DNA from: Nageia nagi
Lineage: Eukaryota; Plantae; Pinophyta
Length of the DNA stretch: 64,000 bases
Direction: 5' to 3'
Assembly: GCA_050084985.1 (NCBI GenBank)
Contig: JBITNC010000002.1
Coordinates: 33,914,001 to 33,978,000 of the forward strand
The notes beneath the pieces are model-generated. The model saw nothing but the letters and a program-made list of their open reading frames with translations, ran no database searches and was not told the origin of the DNA. How positions within the stretch are numbered: position 1 is the stretch's first letter; each line of letters starts with the position of its first letter. The position numbers were made by a program, and so were the translations under genes. Of this stretch, positions 12,576 to 26,500 are shown piece after piece.

Positions 12576-13198
12576 TGTAGTGCCTAAATTAGTGGTGATG
12601 AAATTTAGACACTATGATCAACACAATAAATTTACAATAGAGCAATGATATAATAATATTCTTGATAAAAGTGAAGATACAATTATAATAAAATAGTAAG
12701 AAACTATCATGATGATGATAGAAATAGACTTTGTTATCTTATTAGGAGCACCACCACTTGCTCAACTCAATGACCAACCTAACAATCACTATCACAACCC
12801 CATAAAGAAAACCTTCTTACAACAAAACTCTAACCTTCTACACACTTGAATAAATGATCATGAACATAATGTAACACTTTGACACATTTATGAGACTACA
12901 GCTCAAGACTTAACACACTTATAAACTTCAAATTTAAAATACATTATATATCCACCTCTAGAAATATCCAAATCATTTTTAAAAATATCTATGAGATGTC
13001 ATATTGATCTTTCACCATATAACCCTTTCTAGAAATCACTTTTTAAATTGAATAACTACTTTATACATCGTTACATATCCTTATGGCACATAACCCCTTG
13101 GATAATTCTAGAATAAATATCTCTAGATATTACCCATAGATATTTCTTCTACTTACCATGACTTACTTTACTTAATTTGCCATTTAGTGGGTACTACA
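12576..13198 (-). mobile_element. LTR-like segment (probable solo LTR)
   Basis: TGTAGT...ACTACA inverted termini, ~620 bp, LTR-like composition. No matching TSD or PBS seen. Confidence 0.5.
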
Positions 13199-13559
13199 TA
13201 CTTTTACTATTTACTTTTTTTGAACTTCACCAACTTAAAGCCCCTATAGTACACTTATACTATGTATTGTATACTGATAATTGCTATATTGTTATCTCTT
13301 TATTATCGATGCACCATTATTCTATTGTGGCTATCATTGTAGCTTCTTGGTGGATGTCATTATCTTGTACGACAAGCTAGTGTCTAGCAACTATTACTAA
13401 CTATGAAATAAACCAATTACATAAATATATTATATATTTATAGGAAAAAATTAATTATGACAATGCTCCCACGTAATACATTCAATGAGACTATCATTTC
13501 CTCCTCCCTAAGTACACCTAGATATCCAAACAATCATGGCAGATTCGATGTACCCTTAT

Positions 13560-16500
13560 CCCCTGATGATGTGTAAGGAGGGGCCTCTAAGTGGAGCTTC
13601 ATAATCAAGTCCAAAATATCATCATCATTGATGGAGTCCATAGGGAGGCAAATCATCATCTTTTCCTTGAATGCATTCAAATCCATATCCAATATTTTAG
13701 CTTCAATTTGGTTATAATCCTTAAAAATCCTAGTATTTCTTTCTTTCCAGATTGGCCAACAGATTCCAAACCTTGATTAGCTTCCTCCTTCCACTTTCAA
13801 GATCTCATTTCTCGATTAGTTCTACTAGAGATCTTAGTTTAATCCTTTGGAAGTCCATCAAGCTAGCAATATTATCCCATATCCCATTTCCAAAGTTACA
13901 GTGAATGAATAGGTGAACAATTAATTCCTCTTCATTTTTCACATGATGCATTAGTTGTTGAATATCATTTCTTTCCTTTTGAGAACATCTTTTATATGAA
14001 TTCTTCCAAAAATGAAAATCCATACAAAGTAAGAAATTTTAGGAGTTAATCCCTTGACCCACACCTTACTCCAGAGATGGATCCTCTTATCTTTTATATT
14101 TGAGTTCAGTTTGTTGTAGTCTATCCTTACATAATATATTTTCTTTTCACTCTTATCCCATATCTAGTTCAATTCATTCAAATTTTCAATGTGGAAGGCT
14201 TTATGTTTTTCAATCAACCTCCTAACTTCTTATACTGTTTTTTATGTTTCTCCACCTGGAGCTCTAGGTATGAACCATTGGGCATTGTTTTTATCCTTCT
14301 TTATGTATTCATAGACCTTTATGCCCACATTTAGTTTCATCCAAAATTGAATCCAATCTATAGTTATTCATTTGAGCAAGCGAAACTCTTAGAATCCATG
14401 AGTCATCCCAAAAGTAAACCTTCCTAATATTGTTAATTTCCCACTTAGAATTTCCTCATAAAGCATTTCTAACATTAACCAAATTGTTCCAAAATACAAA
14501 GGCTTTTGGGAGGGGTACAATATTTAAGAATTTAGATCCTCCTTCCAAGTATTTTTACATACATACCTTTATCCAATCCTTATCTTCCTCATTACAAAAT
14601 TTCCATGCAAATTTGATTCTCAAAAATTCACTTAGTCATGAAACTAATACCAAGCCCATGTTGGAATTAATAATGCACTATTGTATAAATTATTCTTTAG
14701 GAAGGTATATGAAAAATAACATTGAACTTCTCCTTATGTAATTCAATATTTAATCCACTAGATACTTAAAATTATTCTTTGAGTATTTATTGAATTAAAA
14801 ATTAGAACTTGTCCCACATGTGACTTTTCTTATCTTTTGGATAATGGTGCTCCCCTTGGGTAAAAGGCTGAGCCAAAGAGGAAATTTTTCCTATAAATTG
14901 AGGGCTCTCCTCAATCATTCTTCACTCTAGTTTGAAGCATTGTAATGCTCTTAGTGTGAAGAATAATAGGAGGAGAGAGTGTTAGTGTAGCATTGTAAGA
15001 GAGTCTTGTAATCTTAAGAAGTAATAGAATTAGGCTTTAAGTGGAGTACTCTCTTGATAGAGAGGAACCATTATACATATTGGTCTCCCTTGTGTGTGTG
15101 ATTGAGTTATTGAGATTATTATTGAGTTGTTTCTTAGAAGAAGAAGATTTCTCCAAGGTGATCTTGGGTATAGGAGGATTCATCTCCTTCAGTCCACCCT
15201 CCTTTTCCCTACACACTTTCTCCTAGGCCACTAAAGACATGTTTTTTTTCTCTTCCACCCCTGTACAAATAAATCTACTACATATTTGGTCTACTTTTCT
15301 AGATACTAAGGCTAGAATATTAAATATACTTGCCATATATACAAGAATGATTTGCAAGGTAGAGTTAACTAGTTGTATTTTCTCGGCTTGGCTTAGGATG
15401 TCACCCTTCCAGCTTTCCAATTCGGTGTCAATCTATCAAGGACTCCTCTCTATAATATTTTCTTCATCCTTCCAACATACAGTGACATCCCCAAATAAAT
15501 GAATGGAAGAGGACTAATCTCACATTAAAAAACTATTTGTAATATCATGTTGTTTCCTCTTAGAAGTGTTCATGAAGAAGATTTAGGTTTTGTTGTAGTT
15601 AATCATTTGGTTAGATGCCCTTTCATAAACATCAAGGCTTTCCTTCATAATTCTTACTTCCATCACACTTGCTTTGCCAACCAAAATTACATCACCAACA
15701 AATCGATGATGGGTGACAGGGATACAATTTGGAGTAGGGATAATACCTCTAATCATCTTGCCTTCTCAAGTAGCTTTTATTGATTTCCTCAAAGCTTCTA
15801 CCATGATGATGAAGAGGCAAGGGGAAGGAAATAGGATCCTCCTATTGTAGTCCTCTTTTAGCTTCACCATTCACTAGTATTGAGAAGGTAGCAACTGATA
15901 TGCATAGTCCAATCCACTTCCTCCATTGTGTATAAAAGTCGAATTACACTAAGACCTAGTCAAGAAATTATCATGGTACCTTGTCATAGACTTTTTGTAA
16001 ATCCAAAGTCCCAACGTCCATTTTAATTGAATGGATTGTTTTGTGCATCATTAAAATAATATCTATAATTTTATGTCCTTGGAAAAAACCATCTTCTTCA
16101 GGGAAATTATTGTGGGGATAATATCCTTTAATCAATTTGCTAAGACTTTAGTAATTACCTTGTACACAATATTACATAGACTAATTGGTCTAAAGTCCTT
16201 TAGATTAGTAGCCCCTTGAATTTTGGGTATTAGAACAAGGAACATGGCATTCCAACTTTTTAGAAAGCATCATTTTGTTGGAAATCATTAACTGCAATGA
16301 CACCTTTCCCCATAATGTCTTACATGAATTCGATGAATCTAATCAGGCACCCATTAGGTCTCGATGCCTTATCCTTCCCCATCTGTAGTATTGCAAACTC
16401 AATATCTTCTTCAATAAAAAGAGCAATCAACTTTATGAATATTCTCCTCACTTATGAGGGTGGAGATACACTCGAGCAAATTTTTCAATTATAGTTGGGT

Positions 16501-17400
16501 CCTCATCTCTCTCAAGGGTTAGCATGTCTTTGTAGAAATTGACTATCCATTCTTTCATTTCTACCCATTAGTTAGCATGTCTTTGTAGAAATTGACTATC
16601 CTTTCTTTTATTTGTACCTCATTTATCGTTAGATTTCCATCCTCCTAGACATCTCATGATCTTGTTAGATTTCTATCCTCCTCCTAGATATCTCATGATC
16701 TTGTCATAGGCCCTTATTCTCATTAATGTGATTCTAAAGAATTTTATTTTTCTATTACCCTACCTAAGCCATGAGATTATTGATTTTTGTTTCCTTTTGC
16801 CTTCAAATTTTGTGATATATGTCCACTAACTCTTTTTCCTTGACTACCTTTTCTACTAATCTATCATCTTGTTGAATGGATCTCTCCACCTATTCCATCT
16901 CCAATATAATTGCCTATTTCTCCCTAGCTATCTTTTTAAAGACATTTTTATTCCATTCCTTTAACTTTCTATTTATGTACTACAATCTGGTTGTCAGTAG
17001 GTACATCTTTGTCCACTTCACCTCTTTTCCCCATCACTCAAGAATCCCATCCAAAAGCTTCAAGTGAGATAGCCAAAAGGGTGTGTTCTTACTACTATAC
17101 AGAACTTGAAGGAGGATGGATATGTTATCAAAAGATTATTTTACTTTGGAAAACAAAATATAGTAAGGAATTAAGCAACCAATCCTAGGAACAAATTGCC
17201 CTATCTAATATCGATTAAATAAAATCATCATCCATTGTTGAATTATTTCAAGTAAATTCATATTCCGTTAGATCAAGGTCCTTGTTCATTATCCTTAAGG
17301 AAATCTTTAAGATCCAACATAATATTTCTTTTGTTGGCCTTTTCTCCTCCCATTTTTTCATGGGGAAACAAGGGCACATTGAAGTTCCCCATAAATTTTT
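13560..17400 (-). mobile_element. Degenerate L1 LINE ORF2 (endonuclease-RT-zf-RVT)
   Basis: Minus strand: MGNFNVPL (endonuclease, ~17390), [21 protein letters not shown] (~16140-16200), ESWKGDILSQAEKIQLVNSTL (ORF 15223-15420), KEGG/LG, EELIVHLFIHC (ORF 13805-14023). Confidence 0.85.
14659..15191 (+). mobile_element. Solo LTR inserted in the L1
   Basis: TG...CA termini, TSD GCCCA/GTCCA (1 mismatch), TATA-like CTATAAAT near 14891. Splits the L1 KEGG-LG motif. Confidence 0.8.
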
Positions 17401-17409
17401 CAACCATAT

Positions 17410-17555
17410 TTGCTTCTAAATAATTTGTTATATAGTTTAAATAATTAATCTAACCATGGGGTTTACTTCTAAATATATAGTTTAAATAATTAATCTAATC
17501 ACGAATTTTGCTTCTAAATATTTTTCTACATAGTTTACATAATTAATCTAATCAC
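17410..17555. repeat. Three ~50-65 bp tandem units (TTCTAAATA..TAGTTTAAATAATTAATCTAA)
   Basis: Repeated at ~17414, ~17468 and ~17512. Confidence 0.7.
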
Positions 17556-17899
17556 CCAATTAGAAAGAATATAATATTTTAACAAGATTTTTAGAAGTTT
17601 AAATTAAACTAATCTCATAATAAAAAGATGGTAACAACAATAATTAAACAAGAAAATTTCAAGGAAGAATAATAACAAAAACTAGTAAGTATTGAATGTT
17701 AAGCTAAATTTAGCGTCAACCTTGTATTTATTAGTACATAAATGTTTATGAATAGGATCAAATATTTGACATATAATGTATTAGTTTTCAATCTATTATT
17801 AATATTTGAACATATTAGTATGGAATCTACTAGTTGTATTTAGCTCAATGGATTGCTAGGAGTTCTAATTCCTATTTAAATATCACTCCTAACCATCAT

Positions 17900-18280
17900 T
17901 TGTATCATGTTTGATCAGTAATGTATATTCTTTTAGGATATAGTAATCCATCCATATTCTTATGCATTATCCTCTTCTAATTTTCCTTCAAATACTGCTT
18001 TGTATGGAATTTTCATAGCATTTGATTATTTAGTGATATTTCATAATAAGTTGTTTAAGGACAAGCATTTAAATCAGATATTTAAATATAAAATTTCAAA
18101 TCTATGGTGTGTTACAGAATCATGTAGAAAACATGACAAGCAGAATATTACAACCATTCCACTGAATTCATAAGATACCTACTGACCTTGAAAAAAGATC
18201 ACTACCAGCAAGCAATTTATATTACATATGGAAGTGCACCTTCAGCATTTCAGCACAATGATAAACTTGTCCAGAACAGT
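17900..18280 (-). other. Probable terminal 3'UTR exon of the DUF538 gene
   Basis: Acceptor TGTTGCAG| at 18281 on minus pairs with donor GAG|GTATTT at 19324. Non-repetitive UTR-like sequence; 3' end approximate. Confidence 0.5.
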
Positions 18281-19330
18281 CTGCAACATTATTGCACAGA
18301 TACGATGATTTAGCCTCAAGATTTGAAGTAGTAGACATAATCTGGATTTGGTGAATATCAAAACCCATTTTTGGAACTATTATTTTTTCATAGTTTCATG
18401 TTTGAAGGCCGCAGCTAGTTACTTATCAAGAAATAATGCAATGAAGAATCATACAAAAGGCCGAATTGACAGTACACTCTAGAAATAGAGAGACTAAAAG
18501 GAAATGCTAGCTTTTTCTCTAAGAAGGTTCATTGCCTTCCAGTAGAACTAGTTACATAGATAAACATATATGAATAAATTTCTTATTAGCTATAGCTACT
18601 TGGTACCATACACCCAATTGGACTGATGCTTCAATTGCACATGTCACAAGATTAGCATGCAATGATGCAAAGACCCCAACCAACATGTGTGCTTTTGGGC
18701 TATCTGAATTTCTTTTATACTTTGGTGGAAGATCTCTGCTCACATCCTGCTTCTATAGATTATCATTACATAAATAGACATTTTCACCAAAACTTTTTCC
18801 TTCTGTGAACACCAGTTATTGTTCTGCAAAGGCCAGAAAACGGTAATTAAATTTACTTAACAAAATGATTACTATCAAACAAAATTCTTACTATTCTTTA
18901 TTAGTTATTTAACCCAATGACCAATAGTAGTCTCCAATTAACAGAATCTCTAGATTTACAATGAGCTCAAGACAATCTCAGTAAGCCCATTTGTTTCCGT
19001 TATATTGCATATCAATCAAACCAGTGATCTGTTGACCACAATCTTGTTCGTATTTAAGCTTAACAATATCATATGGAACATTTCTTTTTGAATTTATGTT
19101 GGACCATATACAAATAACACTGTAATCTCTCATTTACTTTCATTCATGTATTTCTAGTTTTGTATATGTTCAGTTAAGCCAAGTCATGGGCTTGATAATT
19201 TTTATCATGTCTACTGGACTGCAAGGCACAAAAAAGTGCATGCTTTCAGCATCAACCTGTATATATTTATCTCTATTGATCAGAACAGAAAATAAACATA
19301 AAAATAAATAGAAACAAGAAATACCTCAGA

Positions 19331-19390
19331 CTACTGAATGGCTGTTGTTGGTGTGTTGTCCATCTCAAACTGGAATCTTCCTGACAAAGT
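19331..19390 (-). CDS. DUF538 family protein, last coding exon (TLSGRFQFEMDNTPTTAIQ*)
   Basis: Pyrimidine tract plus TTTCAG| acceptor at 19391; in phase 0 with the exon-1 donor; TAG at 19333-19331; GT donor 6 nt later. Confidence 0.7.
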   Translation of the reverse strand, partial: TLSGRFQFEMDNTPTTAIQ

Positions 19391-20479
19391 CTGAAAAACA
19401 CAAGGGTGGTTAGAACTCAACACATAAATTCAGTAGGAGAAATAAAGTATATCCATTGACAAAGAGATTGATAGCCTAGGTGATATAACATTGATTATTT
19501 ACTATTGGGCAAAATTCATTCAATGATATGAAAACTTCCCACTAAGTGTACATCACTCCTAAAAACAGGGGATTGGCACACTCTGAAAAAGAAATTGACT
19601 CTCATGCATAATTTGAATTAATTTGATGCAAGAGTAGCAGTCTAGACTTTATATTATCGGAGAAATGAGTTAAACAAAAGCTAGTCTATTAGAAGAATTT
19701 CTGGATAAAACTATGTAAAATCTTCTTGTTCTAATGTTTTGGGTATCTTCTAAATCCAACATTAGTAAGGATGGAGGCCTTGAGCTAAGAATATTGCAAT
19801 CGGAAAATTCCAGTTTAGCAAACATGATTAACAAAATTCTAAAATCCATAGTTTGTTACTGCTAGCAGTGATACAATTTCATCATGCATAGCAGATCTCT
19901 CTTGCAGTATGATTAAATTCAGAAATTGGAGACATCACAGCCAAATAATCAATGGTTTCAAAAAAAACATTAGGCTACCTCAAAGGTGCCTGAATCCCAT
20001 TGTGTCTTCTTTGTGAGTTTAAAAATATCTATTGTTTGATAGATGAACATCTAGTAGTTGTTCATTGGTTGAACATCCTCTTCACCGCTGTGTTTCATGA
20101 TCATGATTTATGATTGCCAAAAGACAAATCCTTCCAAAATAAGAACACTATCTTCATTGACAAGTTCTCATGAATTCAACTGCGAGTATTAGATCTCTTA
20201 ATGTGGTGCAAGCCATCATAAACAATGCACTTGTCTATGCCGACATTATGAGATTCGGCGAACAATCAGTTTATTCGCTGCATAAGGGCTAATGAATAGT
20301 CATGTCAAATTTCAGTGAAAAAAGCATATTCAATGAATATGCAATTTTTACCAAATTTCAGCTGATTATTTGGCTGGCCAAATAATTGGTAAAGCATGCA
20401 TCCCATGCACCAACATAGGAAAAAAACAGAGGCAGCTATAAATCCAGTTTTCCTTTACCATGTTTCCCAGTTGAACAAA

Positions 20480-20780
20480 TTATTTATATGAGGTCATGGA
20501 CAAGGCCAAGGAGGCCATTGCGTGGCATTATAAACACATAAAGGCCAATTATCATCCTTGTTTGGAGTTGATTGATAGTAGATTGTAAGTCAATTTCATA
20601 AGCTCATTCATGTAATGAACTATTATCCGAATTCGGGATATTTTTATGATAAGACATTTGGGACCAGTGAGGAAGTTCTTAGTGACCTTTATATTTGCCT
20701 CGAGAGGATGATCCAAGATGAGGAAAAAATGGATCAAATACAAAGAGAGCTACAAATCTACAAGATTAGGTCATGTGCAA
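20480..20780 (+). mobile_element. hAT transposase fragment
   Basis: Translates to YEVMDKAKEAIAWHY...LIDSRL...HKLIHVMNYYPN, matching the plant hAT motif YEAMDRAKEAI...IID.RW..QLH.PLH...LNP. Termini not resolved. Confidence 0.7.
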
Positions 20781-22339
20781 CTTAATATCCAAGAAACATT
20801 TCTTTTATCTTTTATTTCTATTCCAAATTTTCTTAAATGTTAAAAGTGATTGATTTTAATTTAGCATGAGAACTTCATCTACATGTTGAAGGTACAATCC
20901 GTGCCACAATCAACACCCTTGTCCCCTTAGACGCTTGCTCCCTCCTCTAGACCATTCATGTTGTGAGAGGATATACCTTCTTCTAGACCATTCGTGTTGT
21001 TGGCTACTATGAAAGGATAGGTTGATGCTTGGAACTCATAACAAACCCGGAGGAATTTGGCATTCAAACATTGTACTCGTCGTTAGAGTTTGATGTAAGA
21101 GGACTCAATTCATATGCCTCGAGCCATCTCGAATCTTCCTTCCTATTTTTCACTTTCTTTGCATAGCTATTGCACTCATTTTTCAGTTTTTGTTCAAGAA
21201 ACAATCCTTGCAAAGATACCAGACAATCCAAGTCCTTGATCAAACAAATCTTATTTAAGGTTGGTAACAACTTCAAACATCTTAGCCACTCTCTGAGCCT
21301 ATTCCTGCCTATTAATTAGAGAGATACCTTTGAGGTAACCAGTCCTCATAGCAAAGGAGGGGAATGCTTTCTCACCTAAGGTGTTGGATTTCTTCTTAGC
21401 CTTGCCACTTAGCTGCCCATCAGCAAGGTAGGAAAGAAAAACTACCCAACAGGACCTATCAAGAGTTTTTAAGTATCACCAATGTAGGTGGTGGGAGCTG
21501 AACTCGGTACCTTAAATGTGGGTGTCTTCACACCTCACTTATATATATGTAAAGCAATTAGAAAAGAATCAAGGTTTTCAAATTGCTTGTGGAAGACCAA
21601 TTCCTTGGCCAAGTGCAGCATTCATAATGCCCCTAGAACATTTGAGGCCTATGTTGACACGATGAAATTTATTTTGATAATTCATATGTAAAACTTTGTC
21701 AGGACATTTTAGCAATCATCTTGTTTTTTAAATAGTCTACATTAGTTTCAAAATTCAGAAGTCACCAGTGACTTTGAGACTATCAGATTTTGCTATGCAT
21801 GTTCTTTCAAATTTAGCAACAGGCATTAAACAAAGATTATTAAGGGGTTAGTTTAGCCAAAGATATCCTCTACAAGTTTTGCCAATCGCAATAATATATT
21901 TGTTTCCAGGTCAAAATATTCAATCATGTATAAAGGCTCACCAAATGTTCATATTATCTAACATTCGTTTTAACTTCTATGCTATCTTTGTTTGGTTTGC
22001 AAAAATGTTTTAAGTGTTGTAATCCCTCTTTATCCTGATAATGGGTCACATTTGAATGGAAAAGTTCAAAAGTCAAATTTGTAAGGATTACAGAAGCAGC
22101 AATTACCAGAAATTTTCATAAATAACCTCTCTTTCTCTGCCGATAAGAATGTGATAGATAAGTTGATAGAAGCAAGTTTGTTAGGGGAAAATGTACTAAT
22201 ACAAAACAAATGAACAATCAATGCTAAAAGTAAAAAGATTATGAATAGTATATGGTCAAATGTGACCACTGATAAACTATCATGGCAAAATGCAATAACA
22301 ACAGGTTCTAAAATCATTTTTCCTTTTCTAGTCGTTCAA

Positions 22340-23110
22340 CACATAAATATACAATACAGTCAGAACTCCTAATTCCTTTCAAGCAAGGAAAATGTAAGAC
22401 AGGATTCATGATCGGGTTCAAATCCATCATTCCTTTCAAGAAAGAGACCAGGTTTGACTTCATTTTGATGGCCAATGGTTCCAGAGGAAGCAACACCATA
22501 AGCTGAAGCCTATCCACTATGGACCATACACAATCATTGAAAGTGTTGACCCTCATGCCATTCATCTGGATCTTTCTCCTCAGCTTGGCACTCACAATGT
22601 TGTTAATCTGAACCACCTTAAGCTTACAAGCTTTCTCATTTAGGAGAAGAGGTAATGATCATACATGCAGAACTAGATGCAAGCAAATCACTACTTGCTT
22701 GGTCACAAAGGAATGTTGTAGACAAGCAAAATTGTTTTTTCAAACTAAATTTGCTTTGCTGTTTCCTCATTTACAGAAGAAGTTGGGGAAAACTTCTTCT
22801 AAAATGGGAGGAAATGATGAAAATATAACAATTGAACTTGATGATGATCTGCCTCTGTTAGCTTCTACTCATTTTAAGTGAATACTAGTAAGTTGTCCAC
22901 CTCAGTTACTGAACAGTACACCTCAATACTGCTACTGCATGCATTCTAATGTTGGTGACATGTTCATCTCACTTGCTGAACTGTGAACATTACTATCGTG
23001 ATACTATTGCATGCATTTTAATTTTAGCTGTAATCCATCATCTCATTTTGAGAACAGCTAACAAAGGCTTAGCTGTTAAGCTTGCACTTCCTCGTGTACA
23101 CTAATCAGAC
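22340..23110 (+). mobile_element. Ty3/gypsy 3' fragment (integrase GPY/F region, PPT, possible LTR)
   Basis: HHKLKPIHYGPYTIIE...LDLSPQLGTHNVVNLNHLK, then purine tract AGGAGAAGAGG and TG at ~22657. Right boundary uncertain. Confidence 0.6.
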
Positions 23111-23549
23111 CCTTGTAATGAGTCTATGATACATTTTTGACAGCCTCTTCTGAATTAGATCCTTTCTGCTCTTGTTGGGACATATCAAGCACTTCTTTAT
23201 CAAATGAATTGATGATTTGCCAAAGTCATCCTTGCTTTTTAAACCCTTTGAATGATTAAGAAATCCAGAATCGGATAGTCACGATGTCATTTCTAGGAAT
23301 AAAGCAAAACAAAAACTAGGGAAAGGAAGCCCTCCTTACCATGTACTGGAATCACATCCAACCACTAAATGTATGTGAACTAGTTTTGCAAGTTTATATT
23401 CTTATTTAGTATCAATTATGTTGTTTATCAAACTTTATGTAAATCAGATCTTCTATCAACTTCCTCCAGAAATCCCAAGTAAATTATTTGGTGAAACCTA
23501 GGTATGGAAAGAGATAGGTATCACATCAAAATAGCTTATTGGAGACAAC

Positions 23550-26500
23550 TGATGCAGGAGCATCCGGGTGAACAGATTATCCCACATCGCCGAAATAATA
23601 ATAATAAAGGAAAAGAAAAGTAATTAGTGTTTGGATCAGCCTCAGTTCACTGAAATATTTTGCCAGTTATAGTGGCAAACCTACCAGCTGTAACAGAGGT
23701 GGTCGGGGCATGCAAACTGCCACTGTCCCATGCACAGGCAATCATGAGAAAGTAATTGCACAAATACAGTTAAGAAACAGAAGTTACAAACGCATGGATA
23801 GTCGGTCTATTAGTCTTGTTTTTGCGAGGCATTAGTCTCTTGGCAGGTAGGAAAATGTATAAAACAACCCCCGGGTGATTGTAGAAGTGGGAAGCCTAAG
23901 TCGTTTGTTACTGTGAAATCTGCAGGAGCAATTGAGTTGTGCATGCAGTGACTGTATGTGAGCAAGTCGAGATGCCTGGGAGTGCAACCTTAACTGGTCT
24001 CCATGTTCAGGACAGCATCAATTGGTATCAGAGCCAGTTTGAACCATAGAATAAAAAAACGCCGTTTAAATGCAAAAAATGTATTTTTGTCATTTTTCCA
24101 AAAAATCCATATTTTCTCTCGAAAAAGCCAAAAACGCCATTTTTTACTAGCAAAAAAGGGTATATTTGCCGTTTTTTACTGTATTTACCATTTTTTCCGT
24201 TTAAATGTCAAAAAAACGTAAAAAAAAGCATACACCCTTGTCGTACCAGCTGTTTTTTCCCTTTTTTGGCCGTACCTACTGTTTTTTGGCAGTTTTTTCC
24301 TCAAATTTGCCAATTTTTTTGTCGTGAACTTTTCCCTTTTTTTGTGGTTTTAGCCTATTTTTGGCATTTTTTTTGTATTCACGAATTTTAAACCTGCAAA
24401 TTTTTGTCGTATTCACTGTACTTTGACCGTTTTTTTTTCATTTTTACGTATTTAGCCCCGAGCCATATTTTCAAAAAACCGTTTTTTATTCAATGGTTTG
24501 AACACAGTAAAGGAAGATGGCGCTAATTTTGCTGGAATCAAGTGAGGTAGAAGAGGGCCAAGACCCAGATGAAGACTTATTGAGGAGATTGGAGGCTTTG
24601 AAGTCCAGATTACCACATGATGAATCAGAAGATGAAGCAAAGGAGCATGGAGCTCCAATAAGGACTCAAGATCCAATGGAAAAACTAATTCAAGTTGTTT
24701 CCAAGCAAGGAACGAGGGATAAGCCAGAAGTATCAAGCTTTACAGGGGAGTTAAACCCAAAACTCTTTATTGATTGGGTAAAAGAGCTTGAGAGATATTT
24801 CAACATAGGGAATTTGGAAGAAGATAATCCTTAGAGGGTCAAGTTTGCTATCACAAAAATGAAGTCCCATGCTGCTTTATGGTGGGATAATCTCCAAAAA
24901 CCATGGAGGAGGCAAGGCAAGGAGAAAATAAGATTATAGCCTAAGATGCTAAACATCTTAAGGTGAAATTCTTACCCTCAGACTATCAACAAATTGTTCA
25001 ATCAATTCCAAAATCTGAGACAAGAAGATGTTTTACCAGCAGTGTTAGCACCAAAGAAAAACAGTGAATGGGGAATGTGTACTAATTCTCAGGCTATAAA
25101 CAAAATAAAAATCAAATACCGACTTCTATTACCTCACATAGATGACCTCGTTGCTTAAGTGAATCTAAGTACAAGTAGATCTGAATGGATACCAACAAAT
25201 CAAAATTCAACAAGTTGATGAATGGAAGACTATCTTCAAGACAAATGAGGGGTTATATGAGTGTTTGGTAATGCCTTTAGGGCTAACCAATGCACCAAGT
25301 ACCTTCATGAGGCTTACAAACGAAATGCTGAAATCATTTTAGGTAGGTTTGTGATTGTATGCCTTAATGATATTCTTATATTTAGTAAGACAAAAGAAGA
25401 GCACATGCATTAGAGAGAAAGAAAGAAAAGAAGAAATATTATTAATGTCCTCAGGTGACCAAAATAGGTCAATGAGACTCAAAAAGTACAATCCAGCTAA
25501 ATGTAGAAAATGCTAAGGTGAGAAACCGACAAATTAAAAGCAAAAAGAAATAAAGCTATGCTACACTACATCAAGTGAAACAATACCAACATCCTCAATC
25601 ATCAAATGTAGATCTGTTCACTCTAGGCACAAAGTGTTCCAGACTAGAAGGGCTAAGCAAGGCTTGTGAGTCTCTTCCAGCATCTAAGATAAAAGGATTA
25701 CCTGTAGAGGAAAAGAAGCCAATGATGTACAACTATCGTCCGAGCTATGATTGTCTAGTAGCTGTCTGAGAGGCAAGATGGCGTCGTGTCGATCTGAGCT
25801 AGTGGGTATGCTGAAGGGTGTTTCCTATCTGCAAGATTAAAGGTAGGCTAGATGAAAGAATTAATCAGCTTGGTGGTCTAAAGGGCCTTCGAGGATCTCT
25901 GTAAGGATGCTCGTCTGAAAAGAGTGATCTCACGCAAGAAGAGTGCTAAACATCTCTAGTCAAGCTACAAAGAAGGTGGATACCGAGCCCCAAGAATCTC
26001 TGAATAAGCAATAATATCGTCCCTGGACCTCATAGTAGAAGGAACATATGAAGATCAAGTGCCCCTCGTTCTCTATCTCCTATAGAGAGCAAAGTCGGCA
26101 AGTTGTATCCATCCGGGGAATATGATGGTCAATCTCGCCCCGAAGCTGGTGTGAGCAAACTCAAAGTTGGCCAAGAGGAACCCTCAATCCGAAGGACCAC
26201 TAGTGCTGGAGGTAGGCCAACATGACAATGATGCCAATAGTGAGTGATCTGCAGAAAATGCTAAGCATAGAGAGCTAGCTTAGGGTTGAGAGGTTGAGGG
26301 GGAGAGACCCAAGTAACCTGAATGTAGCGGCAGTAGATATCCTCTCTGATGGAGCGTCATCCTCAAGGGTCGGGGGACAGCTAGCGTGGGACTAAAAGAT
26401 AGAAGCCAATCAATCAAAATGTCCACCGGCTGTACTAGCAAATCATCCTTGGCATACCAGCACCGTACGCCTAGTAGTAGCAAGTGATGCAATCCTCTCT

